From the human T2T-CHM13v2.0 reference genome, Homo sapiens: a stretch of DNA of 64,000 nucleotides. Location of the stretch: NCBI RefSeq assembly GCF_009914755.1, contig NC_060926.1. One strand, given 5' to 3'. The notes below the pieces were generated by a model. The model had not been told where the DNA came from. It made no database searches and was given only the letters and a program-made list of their open reading frames with translations. Positions 13,039 to 27,739 of the stretch are shown in pieces (positions within the stretch are counted from its first letter, which is position 1; the number at the start of each line of letters is the position of its first letter). A program made the position numbers and the translations under genes.

Positions 13039-13890
13039 TGTCACATATTAAAAACTGCACATTGTGAGCCTTATTTAATATGTTTTATTTAGAAAGTGTC
13101 ATGCCAATTACATTACTTTTTTAAATTATTTTGTCTCAAGGAAAGGGGCTATAGTGTGTTTCAGTTTAAGTGTTACTTATTATAAAGCAGCAACATTTTA
13201 ATACACTGAAAAAACCATTATAGTTGTTGAAAAGAAACTAGACCTGATTCATAAAGAGTAAGACAAAATTTTTGAGATTAGACAGCAATATTTTAAGCAG
13301 TGTGATAAAAGAATGACAACTGCCATTTTTTTTCCTTTTTAAAAAAATACCACTATTGATATATTAGAGTGGTAAGGTGATTCTGTGCAGAAAAGCTTGC
13401 AGTTGTTTTTAAAATTTTACTGGGTTTGTTAAACTAGAAAGCTGCTGATAGCAAATTATATGAATTATTCTAGAATTTCCTAGCAAAAGAGATTACCATA
13501 GTCTAACCACAAACTGTCATGTCAATTCCACATTTAAAAAGTAATTTTCCATGTGATATATGTAAAATTCAAAATAGTATTCACATTTGTTGAAATTTAC
13601 TAAATGTTTTTGCTGAATAGAGAACTTTTAAAACCTGGATTTTTTTCTTCACATTCTTATCCTTAAATTTACAACTTTTACCTTTTCCCTCTGTTCTCTG
13701 TAATTTAAGGATGTGGGGGAAATTTTTGCTATGAAGTTTAATGCACTTCATTGTGGTTTATGGGTGCAAAGTCTAAGTCATCAAAAGCATATTATGTAAG
13801 TCTGATTAGCCTTCTTGCAAAGATCTTTTGGAATTCATATCATATACTCTGCAATTAGAAGTAAAGATACGGATGAATATAGGGAAACCT

Positions 13891-14188
13891 GGCCGAGAGT
13901 GGCGGCTCAGGCCTGTAATCCCAGCACTTTGAGAGGCCAAGGTGGATGGATCACCTGAGGTCAGGAGTTCGAGACCAGCCTGGCCAACATGGTGAAACCC
14001 CGTCTCTACCAAAAATACAAAAATTAGCTGGGCATGTTGGTGCACACATGTAATCCCAGCTACTTGAGAGGCTGACTCAGGAGAATTGCTTGAACCCAGG
14101 AAGCAGAGGTTGCAGTGAGCCAAGATTGCACCACAGCACTCCAGCCTATGTGACAGAGCGAGACTCCACCTCAAAAAAAAAAAAAAAA

Positions 14189-14235
<47 letters not shown>
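13891..14235 (+). mobile_element. AluS with (CA)n microsatellite in the tail
   Basis: Full dimer, A-tail, about 19 CA units; TSD atatagggaaa(c/a). Confidence 0.95.
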
Positions 14236-14237
<2 letters not shown>

Positions 14238-15807
14238 TATAGGGAAAACTTGAGGTGGTATCCTTGATTGTACTTAACTGAATTCCAGAATTGAAGTGGA
14301 AACATGTTTTTATAATTACCATTTATTTTAGCTCTGTGTCAGTCTCTAATTGGATTTTTTTATAAACAACATTCATATAGGTAAAAACTTTAGAAATAAA
14401 ATTAGATGTTATGGAGGATATAAAACAAGGATGCTCTGAATTTGGTCTTTGAGAAGCTCAGAGTTTAATATGGGAGATAAGATATGTAAATAACCATGAG
14501 AGAGGGATGATGGGTGATGAGAAATGAACAGCTGGGATAATTTAGTGAAGAGGAAAACAGCTTCAGATAAGACTTGCTGAGGAATACAGCAGAGTTTTGG
14601 GAATTAGTTGGGTAGAAATTATCAGAAGTTGAAAAAGGCAGGGAAATTCATATTACATAACATTATTAATAATGAAGGAGTGATCATAACGTAAAATTAT
14701 TAAACTTGAGAAGCTGCAGTCGCTGTTATAACCGGTCAGGGGAGACCGGCAAGGCTATGATTCTGCCCTCAGCCTGTGTCTCAGGTCTGTTCATATTCTG
14801 CTCTTCCACATTTGTCTTTTCATATTTCAATAGCGAACCCCGTGAATATTGGAGGCAGTCAAGGGACTCCTTTTGACGAATTTCTGCATTTATTTTCTCT
14901 TTTTGCTATTCCATTTTTAATGAGCAGAATAACACATAAGAGAGGTTCATTTTCTAACAATGTTCATTCCACACTTACAACCAAATTCCAAGGCAACATC
15001 TGAGAGCGAGTCCTCAATTTGGAGCATTGGAGGCTGTGCAGATGATGAGAGGGGAAGTTGTTTTTCAGATGAGGTGCAGCTGAGCCAAGCTGACACCAGG
15101 AGAACTTCAGGTCATTAGGGATTCTCAAGCCATTTGCTGCTGCTGAAGGATTAATGTCGACCTAGGGTCCTGGGTGGATGCCAACTAGGATGATGGCTTG
15201 GGGAAAAATTAACTTGGATAAATTGAAAACTGCTCTTTGCCCATATATTAAACAATCTGGAAGCTCTCACTTTTCCATATGGTTTTTGTTTCTGGGCAGC
15301 CTGATTACAGATAGAAGCTGTATTTTTTATGTTATTCACGCAGAATACTGGGTAAGTAGAAAAGATTTAGACAACTGAATTAGATTTGGGGTAGGCTGCT
15401 TCAAATGTGTAGGTGATGGAGTGAACTGCATTCCTGAGGCTTCTAAGGTAGTCATTAGTAAGCGCATTGTGGCTACCGCAGGTGAAATTTATCTCATTAA
15501 TTTTAATTGGGGAAAATCATCTTTACTTCCTTTTCCTAATGGCTACACTTCATTCCATGGTTTAATTATGTTATTAACGCATCTCACCAAAAAAAGCAGT
15601 TCGTCTCTTCTTGATCTCCTAACAAGCATCTTACAACAGTTCATCCAAAACTTCCCCACTGTTTCCAAGTCCTTAATGCTTCACACTCATTCTCAACAAA
15701 TGAGCTCACTCCTATTTCATGAAGGAGCTAAGAGTCCTTTGGCATAAACTTCCTCTCTGATCTCTTCTCAGTTTTGGTTTCTAGACCTATCACGTCCCTT
15801 TCCCTAA

Positions 15808-16146
<339 letters not shown>

Positions 16147-17696
16147 TCCTTTTCTTCTAAGGCTCAGTGCTGTCTGGCTCGTTGCCTCTCCAAGCATGGC
16201 CTGAAGAGCAGAAACATCAGGCTTATCTGGGAGCTAGTTCCCATTGCAGACTCTCAAAGCCCATGCTGGACCTAGGAGTTAAAATGTGGATATTAGAAAG
16301 ATTCCCAGGTGATTTGTACACACATTTAACATTTCAATGTAGAGCCTAGTCGGTCCTACATTTCCCAGGACTATTTTTCTTATATTTAATTGCATTGTAA
16401 TATACCAATTTCTTCCTTCCTGTTAGCTTTTTATTAATACATGCTCATAGCTTTTTTCTATCTTGTAAGTCCTTTTTTTTCTCACCAGTTCTCACATTAC
16501 ACTTTAAAAGATTCTTAGCATGTTCTTAGCCCATGTTCTTGTTTTTCACAGCATCCTTTCATGACAACTCCCAGCATTTTACATCCACATGTACCCTGGA
16601 AAGTGCCCAGTGATCTCCAGCTTCCCAATTCAACAATCTAGTTTTAGTCCTCATGCCTTTACATTTTGTAGAGTTTGGAATTGTTCAGCATTTTCTTAAA
16701 GTTTTCTCTTTTGGCATCTTTTACACTAGACTTTGCCCAAGGCTTTAGTACACAGTGTTGGTTTTTTCTTTCTTTCCTGTTCCCAAATGTGGTTGAAGGA
16801 TTAACAGGAAGGAATGCTTAGCTATAAATGTGAGTTACCATAATCATAATAGATCCACTGCTTAATTCAGAATTGGGGCATCCCAGGGTAAAGTGAAGTG
16901 AAATCCAGAACTTGTATACATATATTTTTTTTCCTTTATTACTTCTCCCAGGAATGTATATATATTTGTTCAAAACAAAAGGAAAGGGGACTTAGGGAAA
17001 AGTCCCAGAGACTAAAAGAGCTATAGGTCCCTATTAGATTCTTTTGCATGCCATCTTCTAAGAGGAAAAAATGAGCTTAACAGCTTTTAGATTTTTTTTT
17101 TCATGATTGGGCATTTTGATATTATAACTATTCCTTTGATGGAAAGTCTCTCAGATGAGTTCTCTCTCCTTCCTCTATTTGATGGAAATAACTGCAGTTA
17201 TCAGAAAAAATGACCCAAAATTCTACCTTCTCAAGGATAACCACAGTTAACACTTTCGGGTTCATCTTTCTAAATTTACATTCAGATAGATAGAAGATAG
17301 ACATACAGATATATCTGTGTGAGTGTATAACACAAAACTTTTTCGTTACTACTTCATTTACAAAGAATGAAAGTAGATTGTTCCAAGTATTTACATAGTA
17401 TCGGCTCAAGTTTCTATGTAAAAACATATATATCTACATCACTTTTAATTGTTCAATATCATTCTGGTGAATGGCTATGACAATTTATTTCAAAGATTGT
17501 TTTTCATTCTTTTCAATGTTTTTCTCTTTTAAACAGTGTTTAAATGAACATTTATATATACTCAAAAATGAAATTTTTACATCAAGGGCTATATATATCT
17601 CCATAGTAAATGTATATTGCCAAACTGCCAACTAATTAATAGGTCATTCACAGTGTATATGAGTGTTTATTTCTCCTGATACTAACCAGTATTTGC

Positions 17697-17865
17697 AGGG
17701 CCAGAATTAAGCTCATATAAGTGCAGGACTGATACTTTGTTCATTATGGATCTTTTGCATTAATTTGCATCAAAATCTTATTCATCCCGGTTACTGAGTT
17801 TTTTGGCCCCTTACTAAATTTTGTGCTGGAGGCAAGTAATTTGTGTTACTCTAGTTCCAGGCCTG
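17697..17865 (-). mobile_element. MER96B-like hAT MITE
   Basis: Termini cagggcc...ggcctg; internal ttactgagttttttggcccc...aaattttgtgc; 8-bp TSD agtatttg/aatattgg. Confidence 0.65.
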
Positions 17866-17900
17866 AATATTGGGTCTCACACTTAAAAATAAAAAAAGCC

Positions 17901-18275
17901 AGCAGGGCACAGTGGCTTATGCCTGTAATCCTAGCACTTGGGAGGCTGAGGCAGGTGGATTGCTTGAGCTCAAGAGTTCGAGACCAGTCTGGGCAACATA
18001 GTGAGACATTGTCTCTCCAAGAAAATAACAAAACTTAGGCATGGGGGCACACACCTGTAGTCCCAGCACTTTGGGAGGCTGAGATGGGAGGATCACTGGA
18101 GCCCAGGAACTTGAGGCTGCAGTGAGCTATGATCATGCCATTGCTCTACAGCCTAGGAGACAGAGTGAGACCTCATCTCTAAACAAATAAATAAATAGTG
18201 ACCCTAGTAAACACCTGAAACTGTATTTATCTGGCTCAATTAAAATAAAAAATTATTTAAAAAATAATATAAAAA
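17901..18275 (+). mobile_element. AluJ with a 40-nt non-Alu 3' extension and second A-rich tail
   Basis: TSD aataaaaaaagcc (17888-17900) recurs as aatataaaaagcc (18266-18278), beyond the extension. Confidence 0.85.
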
Positions 18276-19460
18276 GCCAATATGACTGATTTGATAAGTT
18301 ATTTTGGTCTACATTTTTTAATTTCTAATGAGGATAAGAAACTTTTCCCATTTAATGATAATTTCTATTTCTTCCCCTAAATTGCTTGTCTATACTCTTT
18401 GTCAACTTTTCCATGAGACACTGTCTTTTGCTTTTTTATTTGTAGAAACTCTTCCTCTGTTTATCATACAGATTTATATAGCTTGTGGTAATTTCCCGTG
18501 GTATTTTTTTCACTTTCAATATTTTTTTGACACGATTGTTTTTACACAGAAGGTTGAAATTTTTCTGTAGTTATGATGTGAATACTAACATTATTTAGTA
18601 TGGAATGCTAACGTTTTAGTTTTATTTCTTCAAATATTTTTTCCAAAGAGAGCTGGAAGACCAAGCCCTCCTTGCCCTTGAGGGAAATGTTAACAGTTTT
18701 TGCAATTTTAAATAATTTGGGTATTTTAAAATGCACCATCAAAGTTCATAATAACAGGAAAAGGGAAAGACAGGTGGGGGAGAAGAAGTGGAGTAGAGAA
18801 ACAGGAGGTAGTGTGGGGGCTTTCCCATCCCTATAAGGAGCTTTTCAGAGGAGCTGGTTTCAGAGCTGCCTCTGGCAGCTCTCTGGTGAGGTGGCAGGAT
18901 CCCAGAAGGGATATGTTAAGCACTCAGGCAAAGGAGGCTGGTTCCCTATGTCCCCATGTGACACAGAAGCCATAGAGAGAGCAACCTGACTTAAAGACCA
19001 TCCGTGGACTTCGATATTGAGGATGGCAATGTGAGAAATTCCCTGGAAATTAAGAGCACTGATATTTGCCTCCCATCATGCCTCCCCACTCCACCTCCCA
19101 ACCCATCTAATTTTCTAGCTACCACGTCTCTCTAATTTCAGTGCAATGTTAGGGAAGAGTATCAACTATAATAAGGTTAGAATTGGATTAATTTAAAGGA
19201 AATAAAGTTCTATTACCTGTATACTCAAGTTTGGGCACAGACTTATACTTGCTAAATGATTACATTTAAAAATCTTTTCTTATATTTTTTATTTTTATGT
19301 AATGCTAAAAATAGGTTTTTCCACCCAAAATTAAAAAAAAATTCTGTAATTTTTCTATTACTTTAATGGTTTTATTTTTATTCTTAAATCTTTAAATCAT
19401 CTCGAGTTAATTTTCGTGTATTTTGTGTGTAGTAGGAATTTAACTTAAAAGTTGTTTCCC

Positions 19461-19712
<252 letters not shown>

Positions 19713-19859
19713 TTACTATCTCAACTACACATAGAATTTATAAATGGAATAAAATTGACAGTTTGGAAATGTGAAGCCAGAAGTTGTTACTTTTTTCCCT
19801 TTCTTATATTTTGTCAGTCTAGTTCCTTTCCTAACTTCCTTGGTCTTTGTCTCTTTCAG

Positions 19860-19991
19860 TTTATTTCACCCTGAAGCCAAAGAGAACTTTCTGAAAGACA
19901 AATTTGCTCATGCTATAATAGTTACTGACAAATATTTAAAGGACTAAGTTGTGTAAGGAATCTACACTGTCAGGCAGAACCAGGATTCCTG
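19860..19991 (+). ncRNA. Candidate non-coding internal exon (+ strand)
   Basis: Branch-like ctaac at 19831, pyrimidine tract, CAG acceptor, CTG/GTAAGA donor; stops in all three frames. Confidence 0.3.
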
Positions 19992-20400
19992 GTAAGAAAA
20001 TTTAGTACAAATTAAAATTGTCAAACAGTCAAGTGTCATGTCCTGTGTGGAATTAACTCCTTGTCCATCTTTGAAAATAATTTCAAGTGGGAAGACTATT
20101 TGTCGGGAATGCTTTGGAAGAAATGATTTCAAGATTTCATAATTGTGTTAAATATATGGAGTTCCACAGAACTTAAAATATAATAAAGAAAAAATCTATA
20201 ATTATTAAGATATCTACTGTTTAAGCATATTCACTTTTCTTGTTACAACTGTGTAAAATATTATTTAGTCATTTTGAATGGTTGTAGAGTTTTTTTCACA
20301 GCAAGAAATTATTAGAATTTGTAATAAGATTGCAATTAAGTTCTACCTTTATTTAATGGTTTTACAATAATGGAATTGAATTTTCTGGGCATCTAATAAA

Positions 20401-20702
<302 letters not shown>

Positions 20703-21774
20703 AAATTTATTTATAATTGTTTCCTTTGCTATTGGCATAGTATTTTATTGCAAAACAATGTTCTTATTAAATGTTAACATGTATTCTCTCAGTTTTATAT
20801 ATCTAATTATGATCTATTAAATAGGTATATATTAACCAGAATTTGATCTTGACATAACTCATTAAAATGATTTTTTCTTTTAATATAGAGTGATGTTATT
20901 AGACCAAAATCTTGATTTTTAAAAAAAAAAAATTTGAGACAAAAAGGTTTACTATACTTTCTAGCAATATCTATCAGCTTAACACTCATTATCAAAAGAA
21001 ATGGGGCAAAGAGAGCCGCAGAACTTCATACTTTCCTGATTTAGTCTCTGAACCACAATCTAGTTAAGAGTAGAGCCGCAGGGTTACTAATGTATTAGGA
21101 CTAAGGTCATGGAAGGGAATCAAGTGCCTTTTGCCTTGACTTGATTATTATTCAATGTTTCCCTTCAGGAACATTACATTAATTTTCAATTTCAGGAAGA
21201 AAATTACTTTTGTAATGCTTAGAACAGAACAGTAACTAGGTTCATCTAAAACCCGGACATTTGCCAACTGCCTTGAGATATTCTTGATAGATAATTTCCT
21301 CCCCCCTCCTCCCTGCATGCACTATGTTCTAATTGTCTAGTGAGTGGAAATATAATTTTGTGCTAAATGAGTTTCTGCAGATGTTATTTGGAGTACCTCT
21401 ATTATCTAGCTAATTCACAGGGGGCCGTCTGCCTGGATAAAGGTTTTAAATGCATAGTGGTTATGGAGTTCTGCATATTTGCCAATAAACAAATGTTTTT
21501 AGTAACATTTCTCATTTTCTTAATGTAGAATTTTAAAATGAGGTGGAGCTTAGCAGACGAAGAAAGGCAACAGAGTAAAGGAACAGCTCATCCAATGAAC
21601 AAACACTTGAGGGTCTACTGTGTACCTAACACTCTCAAAACTTTTTTCTCCCAAGGATAGCATATTCATTTATATTGTCTGCAAATTTACTCAATAAATT
21701 TTCTAGATTGCACAAAGAAACATTAACATTTATCAGAACATTCCAGGCTTTAAAATTTTTATTTATTTGGCATA

Positions 21775-22259
21775 TGAGCACTTTTTGAGCTTTGAGAACA
21801 TTTGTGACTGTTTCAAAGAATACTATGTTCTTTGTACCACTATATATATGGTGCAAACTGTTAATTTTTTCACTTTTTCCATGTACTAGAAGATTCCCTA
21901 AATGCTACTTTATGATGAGGTTAGAGCATAGATCCTGAGAATTAACTTTATGCTACCTGAAATCATAAAAATTGTATTATTTTTCTCCCTAGTTACATTT
22001 TGTGTTGTAAGTAGTGCAGACAACACTGGTCATAAGATACGGTTGTGCTTCCACTTGGTCTCTGTTTTTCAAAAGTATCAAATGCTTTAAACGTTAGTTT
22101 TGCCTAACCCCAATCCAATGAAATACACTCTTCAGTGTATTTCAATCCTAATGCATCTATTGCAACCTAATGCAACAGTTTGCACCATATATAGTGGTAC
22201 AAAGAACATAGTATTCTTTGAAACAGTCACAAATGTCTTCAAGGCATAAAAAGTGCTCA
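21775..22259. repeat. Inverted repeat, arms 21775-21862 and 22174-22259
   Basis: Direct reverse-complement comparison: one 2-nt indel and 5 mismatches, clustered at the outer end. Confidence 0.95.
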
Positions 22260-22262
22260 AAA

Positions 22263-22678
22263 AGTCATCTATTGCTTTGTGACAAATCACCTAAAAACTC
22301 ACCTAAACAAATCACCTAAAAGTGCCTTCAAACAACCACCATTTATTATCACAATTCTGTGAGTTGACTGGGTGGGTCTTCTGACATCTCAGCTAGGATG
22401 GCTGAGCCTATCTCTCTATCTTCCAGGAAGTAGAACTGGGCTGCTTCATAAGTCTGACTTCATATGACAGCTAGATTCAAAAGGATGAAATCAGTAGAGG
22501 TGAGACCTCTTGATGCCTTGGCTTGGAAGTCACATATTCTATTGGCCAAAGCAAATCACAAGGCCACCACAAATTCAAGGAGATGAAGAAATAGACTCTA
22601 CCTCTCTTGATTGGGTGAGTAGCATTGTCACTTTCTAGGGTGGAAGAAATTTTGGGCCATATTTAACCATCTTCCACC
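22263..22678 (-). mobile_element. Old MLT1 LTR
   Basis: agtcatctattgctttgtgacaaatcacc...ttctattggccaaagcaaatcacaaggcc...aaatagactctacctc. Confidence 0.75.
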
Positions 22679-22719
22679 TCTGGGAAATAAGAAAGTTAAT
22701 AAACATGGGTGCCATATAA

Positions 22720-23094
<375 letters not shown>

Positions 23095-23867
23095 AAACAA
23101 AAATGTTTAAATTGGCAAAATTTTAACAGACACTTAACCAAGAAACAGATCTATAAATAGGTATATATAAAGACATTCAATATTATGAGTCATCAGGGAA
23201 ATGCAAATTAAAACTACATATATCAAAATATCACATTGTATCCCATAAATATATATAATTATTATTGCTTAGTGAAAATTTTTTTAAATGTTAAACCACA
23301 ATGAAATACACACCTTATTTATTCTTCCATTCATTCACTCAACTTACATGTATTATTTTCCCCATACCAGACTTTGTGATAAGCAATTTTTATACAAATA
23401 TGTCATGTTTCTTAAAACTCCCAATAGACTTGAAAAATAGATGGCAAAACAGAGTGATGACTATTATAATAGAGAATGCACAAAATGTATAAAGGTACAG
23501 AGGAAGCAGTGACTAAACTTTTGAGACACTGGAGAAGGAGAAGAAGACTGAGTCTCTAGATAGTCATGAAGGAAGGGTGGGAGTTGACAAGAAATATAAA
23601 GGACAACGGATATTTCAGGAAAAGAAAAGCCCGTGGCATAGCACAGAGGTGGCAGAGCACAGCAGATTGGGGGAAATACAAAGAAGATTGGCTTGCAAGG
23701 GAAAGGAGCAAGTTTCATTGTGATTGATGGGTAGGGGAGCAGTACATTAGGCAATGAGATATGATTTGCCTTTCCTACTCTACTGTTTGATTCTTGGTGG
23801 GTGAACACAAACGATAACTCCTCCATCAAGATCTTTAATCTTCCCTTTCTCTTCTCCCTCCATGTAA

Positions 23868-24225
<358 letters not shown>

Positions 24226-24342
24226 ACTTATTACCTTTTACCTCATATTTAGATTATCCTCATGTCTAATCTCTATTATTAGACTGATGGCCTCTGTTAA
24301 CATAGGACTTAGGTCATTGCCCTTTTTCCTCAATACGTAGCA

Positions 24343-24764
24343 AAACAGGGTTTCCCTATGTTATACAGACTGATCTTGAACTCCTGGGCTCAGATGATCT
24401 TCCTACCTTGGACTCCCAAAGTTCTGAGATTACAAACATAAGCCACTGCACTCAGCCAAGATTCTATTTTTTTTTTCTTTTTTTGAGACGGAGTCTCACT
24501 CTGTGGCCAGGCTGTGGCACAATCTCGGCTCACTGCAACCTCCCTCCACAGTTCAAGCAATTCTCCTGCCTCAGCCTCCCAAGTAGCTGGTACTGCAGGT
24601 GCATGCCACCACATCGAGCTCATTTTTTTTTTTTTTTTGTATTTTTAGTGGAGATAGGGTTTCACCATGTTGGCCAGGATGGTCTCGAACTCCAGACCTC
24701 GTGATCCGCCCACCCCAGCCTCCCAAAGTGCTAGGATTACAGGCGTGAGTCACCATGCCCGGCC
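24343..24764 (-). mobile_element. FLAM-like monomer (24343-24457) next to an AluS (24468-24764)
   Basis: Two antisense Alu units; TSD aagattct around the second. Confidence 0.88.
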
Positions 24765-27409
24765 AAGATTCTTTACTTCCACAGGTCACCAATAATTGCT
24801 TGTTAAATTTTTACTGTATTAATTACTTTTTGGTACATGATGTTGATATGTTAGAAAGAGAAGACCAAACACAGGATAGTTTGCTGCAATTGTTTCATAG
24901 ATTTTTGATAGAAATGAAATTCAAATTGTCAATCTTATATATTATAGGTTTTCTTTAAAACAAGTACTTTTATGCATTTTTTAAATGTTTTGCTTTTTGG
25001 TATATATTTTTAAATTTTAGAATGTTTATAATTTAAAATATGGATTCCTTTCATGCCAGATTTTAAGTTGAACTCAGCTTTCTTGGACTTACACACTAGA
25101 ATTTGCTCTCACTACTGGCTTTATGTCCTGGAATCACGTTCTAACCGTAATTCAGAAAAGATGTGTTAAATACATTAGCAATGTGAGATAAGAAATGCAT
25201 TTATATATGGACCAATGATACATTCTTATACTCTGAAAACTCTCAGAGAATGGGCTTGGGGATAATGGGGAATAATTTGTTTCAGCATCTATTTGATCTA
25301 CACATTATATATAAATTTTTTGGAATAAAATTACACAAAACAAGGCTTAGCTAAAGCTTCTTGGCTGGTAGAAACGTGGAGATAGAGTAAAAAAAACATG
25401 GCGGAGTTAACACTTAGTGTATATGAGACCTGTAGCTATTAAGAACAATCTGGATTACTCAAGAAAGGAAAAGTTTTTTAATTCACAAAATTAACAAAGT
25501 CCATTGAGCATCTATTATGTGTGGCATACACAAGGGCTTTCATTATTTAGCTATATTCAGATAAAAGCTTTCACTTCCTGCTTTACATTACATGTCTAGA
25601 GAGACTTAGTTTCTACCTAGAACTAAAGAACACTTAAATAATTTATTCCTAGGTACAGAGATTTATCTTCTAATCCTATCAATCTTTCTCCATCAATCAG
25701 GCCAGTCCCTAACTAAACAGATGGGATTTTCAGCAAGCTCTGATGGCCAGCAGGCATAGTTGAGCCAAGAATGAAAATTAATTCCATAGACAATGACCTT
25801 CTTCTGAAAATGCTTACATAGTCAAGGTTTGCATTCAATCATTCAAGGAAGATGTATTCCACTTGATTTAAAAGAGGACTTTCGTTCTATTACTATATTG
25901 CTTGCTATTGAACAGGAACTCATAGGAAGGGTGTTTGTCAGAAAACAGCGTTCTCTGCCTCTTTCCAAAGGATGAGGTGTAGATCATTTAAAATACAATT
26001 TCTTCATTTGTAAAATAGGGTAGCAACACTCATCTCTTCTCTAACTGCAGTGATAGTATTTGTTACATCAAGAACCACAATAATTTGTCATGTATTTTGA
26101 GTGTAGCAGACTCAGATATCTGTAGCATGTTTCAAACTGTCTGCCGTCTTATATATTGCAGGTTTTCTTTAAAATCAAGTAATTTTATGCATTTTTAAAT
26201 ATTACAATTTATTAACTTTATTTTAGTAGATCCTGAAATAACTCTTTTAAAAAGTATAATAATTCCCTTTTTACTTGCAAAGAGACTAAAATTCAGCAAT
26301 GTTAAGAGTTTACCCAAGGTAACATTTCAAGTAACTGCTAGAAAAAAGATTTAGAACTGTGTGTCCTGAGTTCAAATTCAGAGCTCTCTTAACTCTTCCA
26401 TCTCTCCCTCTCCAGGAAATGCTATCTATTGTCATAGTATTCTCTCCAGATTGTTCACTGTGTCTTGTAACCTTCTTTATAAATTCTACACATTTCAAAC
26501 TAGACTTTTCTACCTCCAATCAACAAAAGCCTCATAACCATATCACCTCCAAGGAAATTAGTCATCTACTCCAAAAGAAACTGACTTATAACCAAAAATA
26601 GCCCTTCATGGTTTTATCAGTGATTAAAGCAATTTTTACCTAGAAACATTTATAATCAGGCACCAAAGCATACTGCTCTACTTTTTAAACATATTTTTAA
26701 TGAAATGAAAACATAAATGGTATCAATATCAATATAGCCTTCCAACTTCAGCTGAATGTAACAACTAAGTTGGGATATTTTCTCAACCTACAAAAGTAAT
26801 TAATTCACCACCTGGCTTCGTGCCTTAAAAGGATTAAATATAAAACATGAAAATTGCTTTCAGTTAAAGGGCAGTGAGATGAGATCACATGAGAACTTAG
26901 TAAAAGACGCACAAGATCAAAGACGGCACATTGGCAGCAGGTCAGGGGTACCTGTTTAAGCACAGCTATTCTCATGGTTCAAACAATTGACATTTATGTG
27001 GATTTATAAATAAGCAGGTTCAGTCAAGAAAGTGTCCCCAGTTTCTACTTTTTAGAAACTACTGGGGAGAATTGTATTTATTCTGGATTTTTGTCCTTAT
27101 TGGCCACCAACAGGTTTTTGGAACTAAGTGTCATTGATATAAAGGAAAGGACAACACTATTCCCCATCCCCCAAATTAAAAATAACTGTAGAAGATAGGT
27201 ATATGATTCATGTAGTGTTCTCTAGAATCCTAAATTTCCTTTTTTAGCCCTTAAAAGGAGGATTCAGATCACATTCTTATTTGATTCCCTCTTCCCACTA
27301 CATGTCTTGAAACATAACAGGCTTTCCAAAAAATATTTGATATCAGAATAATCAGGGTGGTAAGCCAGAGACATCCACAAATGAAATGCATCATTTGGTA
27401 AGCCAGTAT

Positions 27410-27612
27410 AATAGAGTCAGGGATTAGACCCTGGAGTTAGACCATCCAGGACAAATACTCACTCTGTTGCTTACTAGCTTTATGACCTAACTCATTGTTA
27501 AAAAGGAATAAAAGTGTTATGAATTCATTAAATAAAGCATGGTACATAATAAACTTAGCACAGTGCCCAGCACATAGTAAGTGCTTAATAAACATTATCA
27601 TTTATTGTTATT
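27410..27612 (+). mobile_element. MIR
   Basis: ctctgttgcttactagctttatgacct...acttagcacagtgcccagcacatagtaagtgcttaataaa. Confidence 0.8.
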
Positions 27613-27739
27613 GTAATTGGTCTGGCATCCAGCAGGGTATTTACCAGCTTTAATCATTATGTCTTTATGGCTCACAGAGAGAAATATGGGATGAATGATG
27701 GTTCTATTAGGTGAATACCAACTGGATAAGTGATGGTAT

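Noticed and set aside
13806-14228. Alu-derived ORFs here and at 7672, 22845, 23946, 31576, 43147 and 55100
   Set aside because: Typical antisense-Alu peptides ([13 protein letters not shown]), not genes
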